A stretch of DNA of 58,982 nt, counting the filler, from Jimgerdemannia flammicorona (Eukaryota), in the NCBI GenBank assembly GCA_003990765.1. It is 3 parts of 3 records of this genome, joined end to end, with 100 filler letters (N's around TTAATTAATTAA, not from the genome) between each part and the next. Parts side by side here need not be neighbours in the genome. Positions count along the whole stretch, not along the records: positions 1 to 19,606 come from RBNJ01001900.1; 2 more parts are not named here. One strand, given 5' to 3'. Positions 1 to 12,030 of this stretch are shown here, piece by piece. A program made the translations under genes and the position numbers. Within the stretch, counting starts at the first letter, position 1. Each line of letters starts with the position of its first letter. Under the pieces are notes generated by a model. It was given only the letters and a program-made list of their open reading frames with translations, was not told the DNA's origin and ran no database searches.

Positions 1-44
1 TTTTTTTAAAAAAAAAAATTAGCTGTGTCAACCCTAAGTGTCTG

Positions 45-770
45 AGTAAGGGGTAGGGAGCAATTGTTAGAATATTTGTGGTCGCGGCTGGCATCGATGA
101 TCTAGAGTGCAATGTATTCCAGCCATTACATTATCGCCCAATCCCTTAAAATCCATAGACAATTCTCAGCCACAAGATTAATTCCGGAAAGGCAGGACGT
201 CCATCGGAAGTGGTTGATGTGGCAAATGGAGATATCAGTTTGACAGATTTTCAGACCGATGCGAGGTTCGTGTGTAACACATGCAGATCATATTTCCTAC
301 GTAATGGCTAGAGTCGGGGACCAAGGCTGACAATTTGTGAATTCGATGGCGGAGGTGCAATTTTATGGGGCACCTTCCTAATTTTTGCTTGGCCCGCGGG
401 AGCTATTGCTTCCGGAAGGAAAGCGAATCGAAATATGCTTGGTACTGGGTGAAGCGTGACGCTTTCTGGGTCTTGATGAGGATTCGGACGTTTCCTCATC
501 ATGGGGTTCCCTAGTACAAAGAGATTCTGTCATGCGTGGGCCCACCCCAGTGAAAGAGAGGTGATAGGGGAACCAGACAACGAAGCCATGGATGCGCCCG
601 AAGTTCCCGGTTCCCCAACCACCCGTTTGAGGTGTCCGAGCGTTTGTTCTCTTGGATTCTATCTACGCAAGGCTTGAATCAATTTTCAATTCTTTAACTG
701 TTTGTATTATTCCGTTCCATTCGCCTACCCGAAAAACCGAATGGTCTTATAAGTGATCATTGGCACACAA
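45..770. repeat. Copy 1 of a diverged local direct duplication (possible minus-strand gene relic)
   Basis: Collinear blocks shared with 1768-2705: gagtaagggg/tagggag..ggctggcatcg, gatatcagtttgacagat, ccagacaacgaa(g/a)ccatggat, gcgtttgttctcttg, aagtgatcattg. Confidence 0.7.
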
Positions 771-1767
771 ACAACATTAGTCCGCTAGTAAGGGTCACCT
801 TGGCGGCTCTTCATGACCCTATGGACCTCTGGATTGCGCTGACGTCACTAGATTAACGTTCACCCAGGCCCCTCTGGGACCTCGAATTTCGGAGGGCACT
901 ATAAACGCATTATTTGAGGAATTTATGCAACAGCATAAACATAGAGTCAGTTTTAGATGATACGGCCGATTGCTCTCAGCCTGCGGGTGACTGGGCCGAT
1001 TGCAGGTGACTGGACCGATTGCTGCGGATGATTCGGCCGATCGCTCTCTGCCTCTGGTTGGCGGAAAGCCTACTTGATCGGTGGTCCCATGCAGGGTCGT
1101 GTAAAACGGGGGTGGCTCCGCCACGCGAATTTTGTGACTGGCATTTATGTGAGCTTCGTTTGTGTGGGCTTCTATGTCGACTTGCTTCAGCTGTTTTCTG
1201 ACATGAAACCCGCCATCTGTCGCTCAACCTAGGTAAGTGTTATCTCCGCATTACAAACCCCCGCTCTTTGAAATAACTCTGCGGTATTATTAATGTCACT
1301 TATAACCTCCGTATGTCAGTCGATCCCCGGTTTACAGCATGAGTCGCACAAGATGCATTACGATGCAATAGCTAGATCCTAGTGCATGTATGTTTCGGTG
1401 CGGCTATGCAGACGCGCCACTAACTGCCTTATTTGCCCAACTCTCTGTCGGACAACATAATTATGGGGCGCAATTTTCACAAACATGCTTTATAGCTCAT
1501 GGACATAGGGCATGTTTTGAAAAATTGCATATAATTACCTGACTGAACGAGTTTTGCAGGCGCCACTGACGACACTATTTGTCCTCCTCCCTGTCAGACG
1601 ACATATATCTGATTTTCCAATTTCGGACAAAAGCCGATTCCTTCCGCAATCGCGCACTCCTATCCAAGTGCCGGATAACGACTGACTGGACGAGCTTGGG
1701 ATCCGTGTGCGAGAAACTGTCATGCCATAGTAGTGCCATATATTTTTCACACGACCTCTGTGAATCG

Positions 1768-2705
1768 GAGTAAGGGTAGGGGAACAGCATCGTTGGGATA
1801 TTGGTGTTCGTGGCTGGCATCGCTAAATACCTAGAATGCATGTATTCTAGATATGGGGTCAGTAGCCAATTCTCAGCTGTCCAGACCACACAGATCTAAA
1901 GGCACCTCGCCTAATTGGGAGATGCGATAAGATAAGGTGCACGCAGTCGGGATATCAGTTTGACAGATCATGCAGACTGTTTTGCTAATTTATCGGTTTT
2001 GGGAACTGCGGCGAGGAAAATTTCTAGTTTGGGTCTCAGGGATTAAGTTCGCGCTATTCTCGTCCTTAACTTCCGCAGATTTATGTGAGACCGTTCAGCT
2101 ATAAAATAGTTTCTATAGTGTATTAATTTATTCGGTTTGTTATCTATTACTTTATTTTTTTTTTCAAAGAAGAATAATAAGGGAGGTCGTTTAGGGAGGG
2201 GGGGGGAGGGGGAGGAAAGTTGTCCAGGTGAGGCATCCTGTCCCGCGGGCCTATCGCTTTCGGAAAGAAAATCAGCAGTTTCACCGCGTTTTGGTAAACG
2301 AAATGTGCTCTTGGGACCCGGACCAGAGCGAGTCTCTGTCCCCACGAAAGGTTCTCGGCGCGGATTCGGTGCTTTCCTCCGCAGTATGCATAGTGTGTAT
2401 TGTAGGGTGTCTTTGTAGGGGTAATAGAGGACCCAGACAACGAAACCATGGATTTTCCCGAGGGAGGAGGGTCCGTTATACCGACTGAAGAACGTGTTCG
2501 ACATCCACATCCGGTCACAATACGCGCCGAATTTCTCCGCGGTTCCCTACCAGGCTGTGCGTTTGTTCTCTTGTATTCTGTCAATCCACGGTTCCTTAGA
2601 AATTCTTTAGCCGTTTGCATCGTTCCTTTCCATTCGTGTTGGTCAAAGAGAATCGGCCCGAAAAAAAACATATGGCGGTAGTAAGTGATCATTGATTGAC
2701 ACACA
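1768..2705. repeat. Copy 2 of the diverged local direct duplication
   Basis: Same blocks as 45-770 in the same order; minus-strand ORFs 1575-1889 and 2147-2713 overlap it but have no recognisable family. Confidence 0.7.
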
Positions 2706-3616
2706 TGCAACACTACGGCATCCAGACCCGTATTGTAAGAATTAAAGTGATGTCATTATTGAACCCTTGATTTCCAAAGCCTGTTTAAAACGTGAGACGC
2801 TCTCGGCCACTTTAAAGGCACGTGTTAGGTTTGTGTCCAATTTAAGGTTGTGGCGGGGGTTTTTAGAACGCTACGCAAGCCAAACGGTTCTATGCGTATC
2901 CTCGAGGCCCTTCTATACGGTTACGTAGCTTCCCTGCGTTGACCATAGTATTAGCAATACTGTGTATAATAGGGCTGTTTGTGGAGGATAATAAGAACTT
3001 CATGCATTCAGACAAGAAACGCTATATCAGAGGAATCCGTCATTTTTTCAGGCTTGGCAGGTTGCACGCTTTACCCAAAGACTTTCAACGACTTTCTTTT
3101 GGCAACAGCCCGCTCTATTTAGCGAAAATTTCGTGTGGAACATTACAGCCACCGGGAAACGATGGGATACATGCCCCAGGTAAAACAGGGTGCCCGGTAA
3201 TTTTTGCACTCCGTCTCACATGCAACATGTTCGGAGCATTTTTTTATTATTTTTTTTCTTCCGCAGAACCTCCAACGGACGCCGTTCCTGAGCCTGGTCT
3301 GTTCACGAGATAAAATTCGTAAAGGGCCTGCGCAAGCCATGCTTCGCCAAGTATATTCAGTGCCGTAACTCGCGACAAAGCTGAGTGAGAAAATATTTCC
3401 TCATACTTTTTTTTTTTTTTTTGCCTCAAATACATATACCAGCAAACACCCAAGGAAGCAAAACCGCCAAAGGTCGGAGCGAAACCTTGATCATTGACTG
3501 TGTATATACAACACTGGAAGGCGAGTTTGCTTGACAAAAAGGTATTTAGTTTGCAAAGTAACCTTGGTTGGTATCCGGGACATACAGAAGGGTATACGTT
3601 GAATCACGGAGGGTGA

Positions 3617-4542
3617 GCCAGATGGTTGTGTCAATGGCAACTGCAGGTATTGGACTGGACGCCGGATATTCGCCCTTGGGGTCGGGAGCGGGTAACAGAG
3701 TGCCCTGTTCTCAATGTGGCTAACGCCAAGTAAATTAAGAGAACAGAATACCAACCTATGCATTCAGCTCATTCCGACCACTCTACCTTGCCACTATTCT
3801 GACCACTCTGCCTTTCCACCATGCCGCTTGGACTCCAAGGACCCCTCCCCCGAGCACGACTCTGACTTCCGAACACACCACAACGACCTCCCTCCTCGAC
3901 AACCTCTTCTTTCCCCCTCTCCTTCCGCCCTGCGATGTAACCACTGATCTTCTGTCCGAAACGTGCTCTCGTCGGATTCACACATCGTGCTCCAATAGCC
4001 ATAACCAGCACAACCGTTCCAGTCCGCATTGGGAAGTGTCCTCGCACACTGTGTCCCGTGACCTTTCCATCCCCCACCTGCAACCTTGCATGATCCGGTA
4101 CAAACTTCGAGTTCAGGAACGCTTGTGTCGTCGCAAATTCCCATTCAATAATGATACACTGGAATCGGAGGAGTAGTTGGACAAGAGGGGAGAGGGAGGA
4201 AGGGTTGTGCCGGCGACGTGGGTGTCCAGTTCTTTCAGGCCCGGAAGAACGTTTTATGGGAATCAGAGCCTCGGTCGATCCGGCAAAGGAGAGAGAGGGA
4301 AAGGGATGAGAGGTTAAGGTGGTATGTATTGTGTGACATATTAGTTTTGCTGTGTATTGGAACACGACCTCATGTTTATTATATTCTTACACATACCCCA
4401 TGCCATTCAATCATGCATGCATAAGACAATTCACGAGGACGACAACCACAATGACACCGTCATCGGCCTGATGGAGACGCTCAACATTCCTGCCACCGAC
4501 AACACTGTCGTCACGTACTGTGGATATTGCCGACTTGTGTGA
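3617..4542 (+). CDS. Possible spliced hypothetical gene or relic
   Basis: Intron-like GTAACA..GCTAAC..CAG (~3692-3767), then a long stop-free frame to ~4175 and a plausible terminal exon after ATAAG (TIHEDDNH..YCGYCRLV*). No family recognised. Confidence 0.2.
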
Positions 4543-6032
4543 CGGACCGGGAGTTAAGGGATTTGTAAATATGACGTAGTGCGTGTGTGATATTAGGGTA
4601 GACCGTGGCGATTTCCGCTTCGTGCAGGACCCAGCATTGTTATTTCCCTCCCTTTCTCGATGACCGCATCAGATTCTTCCTAAAAATTCTGTCATAATCT
4701 ATGTCATCCTTCTTCCCGTACCGTTGATTGTCGACTCCATTAACCACGTCCCGTGGACCAACAACTGGGAAGCAGCTAGGGAGACGGATGTGAAGCACTG
4801 GAAGCTATTCGAATGAATTTGGGTGGGATAGTTTACATGAGGTGGTGTTAGAATGCTGAGCTGATTTTCTTGCATGTTAGAGATATTGTATTCTCATTTA
4901 AATCTCGGGAGGGAGTACTACTGTACTGGTTTAGAATGAGGCGCTTCATCGCTTTTGCTGTGCAGTGATTTATTAATATTATTCTATTCTATTTTATTTC
5001 GTTTGCAAAATAAATTTTATGTATTTAAAAAAAAAATATGAATTCATTCTTCAATTGTTAAATCCGACCACCACCAAAGGAAATCTACTATAAAACGTGT
5101 TTAACGCTGGTCTCATCCGTGCTGGTCACGGCTCCCACACTCACCACCACATTGTCCCACTATCAACCTCCTCATGCGGGGAGACCTCGCGCCCATCAAG
5201 AAATATTGAATAATGTCTTTATAATTTCTCTCTTACGACATATAATAACCCAACGAACACACCCACAAATCCAAATCACCTCCCAAGTCCACCTCAACAC
5301 CTACATATCCTCTCTTGTTGCGTAGTACCGTCTGAGTTCTATTGTGTTAGCGACGACAGGGGACGAAGAAGGTTATGGTGAGTTCCAGCGGCATGGGCGC
5401 CGAGGACCATCTTCAGAGTGTGTACTGCTTGCATGCCGTTAAGGGAGTAAGCGGAAACGGTAGTCACGCGGGGAATTGAAATGATGGTGTCAAGGAGGGT
5501 AGGTGAGTCCTGCTCTGCGATGCAAATTGCAGAGTGGAATGGTGAAGCGCTGTGGACAGTGTGGTTTCAACAGCGTGGGCTGAACAGTTTGATACGTTTA
5601 CCTTGCTCTTTGTTTGAATGTAGAGCGAAAATACACTTGAAGGGGTCGGCGTAACAAGCCACAAAATGAAGATACTCTGTATACGATATTTTATTTGGCA
5701 ATACAATTATAATGGGTGCATCGCTTGATCATTTGTGGCTTGGCGAACGTCGCCATCAACATCAACCTTCCTCAGACCAAACTCTCTAAGCACAAATTTC
5801 TCGTCGTCGATTTTCAAAAACTTGATTGTACACTCAATTTTCCATTAACTTGATTATAAAAATATCCCACTGTTCAGGAATGAATTCTGAAATTGATTCC
5901 ACCAATGTTGGCACAGAAGTCTGTTGTAAAGAGAGGCGTTTTATTGAAGTTGCGTAGGTCGCGTATTTCTCTACATTACTGATGAATGACGTAAATCTGA
6001 TGGAATGGCGTGCTGGCATATCGAGTTGCCAT

Positions 6033-9011
6033 CCCAACACTCCTGCTCAATGAGATATGTAACCCAAAAAGAATACAACATATACCCAAAAAAAAGAATG
6101 CAAACTAGAATAAAAAGCAATGCAACGCATGTAAAAACTAGAACTGCATATAACCCAAAGAACTAGAAATCCTATATCTAAGGAATTTTCATGGGTCCAA
6201 AATACTTAAAATATCCAAAATATCCACCAGAAATACACTGTAACCCACTCAGAGATGAGAGATGTAACCAACATAGATATCAAATGTATATATAATATAT
6301 AATACAGTAAGGGAGGCTTTTTGCAGCCTGAAAAATATCCTGTGATTAATCATTAGACTGATATATAGCTCATAAGATCTATTCCTTTAGTACACTGCTT
6401 GAACTTTGGCTTTGGTCAAGGAGTCTGCAATCATACACTCTGTGGAAATGTATTCCAGGTATATGGTACTAATTTCTATACATTTACATATAAAATAATA
6501 CTGTATATTGATATACTTTATTCTGCTATAGTATACAGGATTCTTGGCAAGTATAATTATAGACTGGTTATCTTGGCATAGTATAGTACATTCTTGAGTA
6601 AAGCCAAGCTTCTTTAATAGTTTACTGAGCTATATGGCTTTCTTTGTTGTTAATGATAAAGTCTGATATTTAGCTTATATAAATAATATTGCAATAGAGA
6701 ATTACTTATGTATTTGCTATGAGATGACAGATCCTTGGTTGTCAATATAGAAGAGATACCCAGTTATAGATTAATAGTCATTTAAGTCTCTGGCCCAATC
6801 AGTATCATATGTACCAGATAGCTAGATATTATTGTCTTTACTATTACTCTTACTATTGCTCTTGTTATTGTTCTTACTATTACTCTTACTTAATCTAATA
6901 TCACTACTCAACATGAGCATATAGTATGCTGATCTCTTTAAGTATTGAAAAATTCTCTTAACAGTACTCTAATATGAATTATCATAGTAGGAGAAATACT
7001 GTGCTATCTTATTAATAATATAGAATATATCAGGTCTCATTTCTAGTATGAGATATATGAAAGAACTAACTGCTTATTAATAGGAAATATCTTTGACACT
7101 ATTCTTAGTAAGTGTATTGTTATTATTCTTAGAAATAGTGTCAGATTTCTTTAACTTTATGAAAGTATCTATAAGAGTACTGACTAGTTTATATTCACTT
7201 ATATCAAATCATTTGAGAATGACTTTGGTATATGTTTCTTATAAGAGGTGTATGGTATATATATTCCTATTACATATAATTAATATTCTCAAAAGGAAGG
7301 ATACATTACCTATATTGGTCATCTTGAATTCTCAGTATAGAGTTTTCTTTACTCTATCAAGCTTGTTCTTACTGGTAATAATAATAATATTATCTATTTA
7401 TATATTAATGAATACTATGTCATTATTATAATATTAGACATATATATAATTATCTACTTTATAACATATGAACTCATTGTCAAGAAGATGTTTTTTTTTT
7501 TTATAGTCACTTGGACTTCCTTCCTTTATTATGTCCATCTATCCCATATAATATAGTGATCCCACCCCTTATCCAATCCCCCTAGGGGGGCCCCTCCCCT
7601 CTACTCCTTTCCACCAAAAGACCACTTTGTCTAATACAATCTTCACCCTCCCACCACTCTGCTCATAGATCCTAATCACCAAACTGTACTGTCGCCCCCC
7701 CTGAGGACCCCAACCCACCCACCATCCCATCAGCAGATCCCCCAACAGCTTCTCCCACCTTGATATCTTCTTCTGTAGCCCCAAACACTACCCCTTCTCA
7801 AATATAAATAGCCAATGTCCTGCCATATCAAGAAGATATTTATCAATCCTTTTATTCTATAATTATACTATTTGTTTGATATTATATAGTCTTTTATATA
7901 ATTTGTATATAAGCTCACTATTTGAATTATCATATAGTTTATATCCTTGCAGTTGACAGATATATAGTTCAGTATCTATCTCACTATTTAGAAATACTAT
8001 CTTTATATCTATTTAATGGATTTCAAGATCATATATTGTGCTAATCACAAGGAGTATTCTAAGTGAAGTAAGCTTGAATATTAGTAAAAATATCTCATCA
8101 TATATATATCATAATTCTGCAAATAACTCTTGGCAACAAAACAAGCTTTATACTACTCTACATTGCTATCAATATTGTGCTTTATCCTATATATCCACTT
8201 AGATCTAATTACTTGACAGTTTGGTAGAAGAGATACTAGATCTCGTGTACTATTCTCAATAAGCAAATCATATTTCTTATCTATCACATATTCTCATTTC
8301 TTGTTGTCAGTATTGCTTATGGCTTCATCATATGTGTTTAGCTTACTAGATGTTACAATATATGTACATTCATATGCTTTAGCATAGCTCATATAGTCTT
8401 GATGTTACTGTCATCTAGAACTCACTAGTATGTCTCAATAACTTTCTAACTCTGAATGCATCTCTCAGTATATGTTGGAATGCTTTTGCATTTGTTTATT
8501 CTTTATAAAGATTCTTTATTATTAGAGGATTCACTGTCATCATCTTCATCTTTGATCTCAGTAATTCTTAACTTGAGTAATTCTTGCTCAGGTATATATA
8601 GTAGTTAATAATAATTTTAATTAACTACTAGAATTATTAGAGATATTGGCAGTACTGATTGAAATATAGAGATTTTTATGGGTATTTTCACACAAATCTT
8701 CTTATTATTATTTTCTTTTTCATTGAATTATATATCATATGAAATCACTATATATTTTATATATAGATTCTATAGTCTATATGATTTCTCACTATATTCA
8801 AAGAGTATGTGTTTGATTATCTTTAGCTCAAATTTATGCTGATTGATGTTACTTTTGTCAAGAATGTATATATTATATCTGAATATATATAGATGTAATA
8901 TGTTGGGCTTCATTCTACTCCATAACTTCTCAGGAGTAAGATTATCATCTTTATACTTATTATTGCCAGCTTTCTTATTTAGTAATTGAGATATATATTT
9001 ATTATAGATAT
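6033..9011 (-). mobile_element. Ty1/Copia retrotransposon, 3' part (end of integrase, RT, RNase H), heavily mutated
   Basis: Minus strand reads DNQSIIILAKNPVYYSRIKYINIQYYF..MIADSLTK (Copia RNase H), TPEKLWSRMKPNILHLYIF (post-integrase) and a PPT-like GAGCAGGAG followed by TGTTGG at ~6048-6034. Confidence 0.85.
7491..7825 (-). mobile_element. 5'-truncated non-LTR retrotransposon (LINE 3' end) inserted in the Copia
   Basis: Poly(A) tail (T-run 7491-7502) with upstream AATAAA; ORF remnant 7569-7784; target-site duplication t(g/a)tcaagaagat(g/a)t at 7478-7491 and 7826-7839. Confidence 0.8.
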
Positions 9012-10543
9012 TGTAATAGTGACTCCAGAATGATGACATCAGCACAGGAGATAGTCTTTTCTTGCAAGCCACCAGATCAGAGCACAAGAAGATCATACAG
9101 CATATGAGATGAGCAATAATGACCAACTGTGAGTCATTGTGACCACAGTACAAGCATTCTGAAGAATATAAAAGAAGGATCAAGGAACTGCAGTAGCAGC
9201 AACCAACAAGAACCACTAATCCCAAAATAGCTCAAAGACTTACCATAAATGAAATGCCTGCTGCCTGCCAAATCTCAAGGTCAAGGAATCACCAAGGTAT
9301 CTCGGTCAAGAAAAGGATATTCCAAGACATCAGAAGAGCCATGGGGACCTGCTCAAGAAGGACTCCTAGTATCAACTTGGGTACTGCAGACTCTTATCAC
9401 TTCATTCTCTACTACTGTAAAATGGAAACAAGGATCACTATTACTACTGAATGCCTCCAAATGTAGCAGGAGTATGAAATAGAAAACCTCCTCTATCAGG
9501 AGTTCCCACAGACCAGCACCCAAGAGCTACAAGATGCTACTCCCATGGATATACATGAAATGAGGACAGCTAAGAAGATTCATCAGATCTTCAGGCATGC
9601 ACTATGGTCGATCCCCAACTTGGAGTATGTCAGAGTCTCAGACTTCAGAGATCTATCATCCCACCATATCAATGCACTAGAAGCCAGAGTGGCTATAGAA
9701 GCCCAGTCCACTATTACTCTCAACAGTGAAGAAGTAGAAGACTTCTGGCATCCTATCCTTCAGGACAACCCAGACCAATTCCTGCAAGAATTGATCTCAG
9801 TATTCCAAGGCCCAAGCATCCAGATTAGACCTCCCCAAGACCCCACATTTGTTCCCTATTTTGTAGAAAAGAACCTTATAGACTGGAGAGCTCCAGATCT
9901 TGTTTCCAATTTCCCCACTAAATGTGATGATGTCATCGGCAATGATGTCATCTCATGTGATATATGCGAAACATGTGACCTATATGACAAGTTTGCAGAT
10001 CTCATCTCCTTCAGTGATGATGATGATGAGGATGAAGCTCCCATGGTCCTGAACTTTCTGCTCTAAGTTCTTTATTATACTGAATAATGTCAGCACTGGT
10101 ATTCTTATGTAACACTGAATAATGCCAGTACTGGTATTCTGAGGTGATGCAAAATTGTTCCAGCACTGGTATTTTGATGTGATACTAAATAATGCCAGCA
10201 TCCTGAACCTGTACAACCATCAGTGCCAGCCCTGGAACTTAGTAGTTTTAGTTATTGGAATTTATATTTAGCTTTATATCTTAGCAAACATTGAATTATA
10301 TTTTATATAAATACCCCTCTTATTTCCTCTGAAATAAAGTCAGTTCTGGTTTCACTTACACACACTTCCTTGCAAGTAATTTAAGAGATAATAAGACAGT
10401 TAAAGATAAGAAGTTTGAGGACTATAAGACCTTGAAAAGGCACTCCAATAAGAACTTACTTATAACAAACTTGAGTTAGTCTAAGAGATATACCTTGAAG
10501 AGAATCTGGTATATTTGAAGGACTCAGTAACTACTATATGACA
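9012..10543 (+). repeat. Gypsy-1 5' LTR
   Basis: Starts TGTAA, ends TGACA; aligns to 16237-17757; TATATAAA ~10304 and AATAAA ~10333; ~34-bp subrepeats at 10078-10200. Confidence 0.95.
9254..10066 (+). pseudogene. LTR-encoded accessory ORF (~270 aa, one in-frame stop), unknown function
   Basis: ORFs 9254-9466 and 9545-10066 share a frame and are separated by a single TAG; the copy in the 3' LTR (16479-17291) is collinear; acidic C-terminal tail. Confidence 0.7.
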
Positions 10544-10546
10544 ACT

Positions 10547-10563
10547 TGGTGCCCATTGGCTGG
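10547..10563 (+). promoter_or_regulatory. Putative primer-binding site of Gypsy-1
   Basis: TGGTGCCCATTGGCTGG 3 nt after the 5' LTR; cognate tRNA not assigned. Confidence 0.65.
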
Positions 10564-10599
10564 TAATTCAAGATGAATCCCTCACTTTCAAGCTAAAAA

Positions 10600-12030
10600 A
10601 TGAACAACCCCCACAACAACTACCCTGACTACAAGAGTCACCCCTGCAAGAATTCAAGACAAGATGGAAATGTGCCCCCCCATATTCTATAGATATACTA
10701 CTGAAGAGTCAATCCTGACCTTCATTGAAGACTTTGAACAATTTGCCACTGTATGAGCCCTTAGTATGGATGCTCAATTGGCCCTTCTACCAGTTAGCCT
10801 CAGAGAACCTGCCAGAGACAAGTTCAATGCAGCCACCATTGCTGATGCTGGTGCAGCCAAACTTGCCAACATGAAGGTCTTCCTCAGAACAACATATTAT
10901 ACTGAAGAGATCAAGCATGCTCTCAAGGATCAACTTAATACTATCTGCCAGGGACTTAGTGAAGATCCCAACTCATTCTATACCCAAATTTGCCACCAGA
11001 TTGTCTTGGCTAGCTATGATGACTGCCTCAAGGAACAAATAGCGAATTCAACCTTCCTCAAAGGAGTTCACCCTGAAATTGCCCTAGCAATCCAGTCTAC
11101 CCCAGCTGCACTGACCCTTGATCAGAAAGTAGTCTTTGTACAGAGATATTGGACTGCCAGACACCCTGCTGAACACTCAATGGAGAAAATAACTGGTATC
11201 AAAATGGAGCCATCAAAGCCAACTAGTATCTTACCTGCTATAGTCATAAACAACTAACCCCACCTACCCCCAAGACAGCCAAAGCTGATCCAGTGGAAGA
11301 ACTTGCCAAGCAGTTCACCAAGATGACTATATACCTTGGTGATATTGTTAGAGAGGTCCAAAGCACTAACAGAAGACCAGTACAGAGATTTGCAGCTGCT
11401 ACAGAAGAACGTAATATCACATGCTTCAGATGTAGAGAAGAAGGCCACTATGCAAAGAATTGCATGACCAAAACAAGATGTAAAGTCCAACCAAGCAATG
11501 CTAGCAGAACCAGAGAACAAACCAATGCAGTAGTCATTGAGGAGATTGGTGATACTGATGATGAAGAATACTACGAGGAGCTCAAATTCTACCCTGCTAC
11601 TGAAGGTACCAGAACCCGGTCCAAGCCCTATAACAAGAAAAGCAACAGCAAGCCAGTTGGAAGACCAAAGAAGACCCCAGCTGTCACTATTCAAAGTAAG
11701 ACCCAACCCAAGGAGATTGATCAAGACATGGAGTTAGATGAAGCTGCCCACCAAATTATTGAAGGCACTACTCCAGTCTCAGGAGAAAGTGAAAGCAAGA
11801 AGGAACAGAAGCTGTGCAAGACCAAGATCCACCAGTATGACATCTACAAGGATCTCAAGGAACAGAAGGTCAATGCCACTTTTGGACAGCTAGCTAAAGT
11901 CCCTGCCTTCAGACAGCAGTTGAGAGTAGGACTTGCAACTACTGCCAAGAATCAAGAGTACAAGATTGTAGAAGCTCACAATGCACAGGAAGAATCCAAG
12001 AACTCAGGTGAAGAATCTGAAGACCAGCAC
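10600..12030 (+). pseudogene. gag: Gypsy-1 gag (capsid-like region plus CCHC zinc knuckle)
   Basis: QGLSEDPNSFY..FLKGVHPEI capsid-like motif; CFRCREEGHYAKNC knuckle; stops and a frameshift. Confidence 0.85.

Noticed and set aside
8770..9225. 151-aa minus-strand ORF
   Set aside because: Chimera of antisense Gypsy LTR and Copia integrase across the insertion junction
11220..11293. Frame change in Gypsy-1 gag as a programmed frameshift
   Set aside because: Lies upstream of the CCHC knuckle, no clear slippery heptamer, and the element has other inactivating indels
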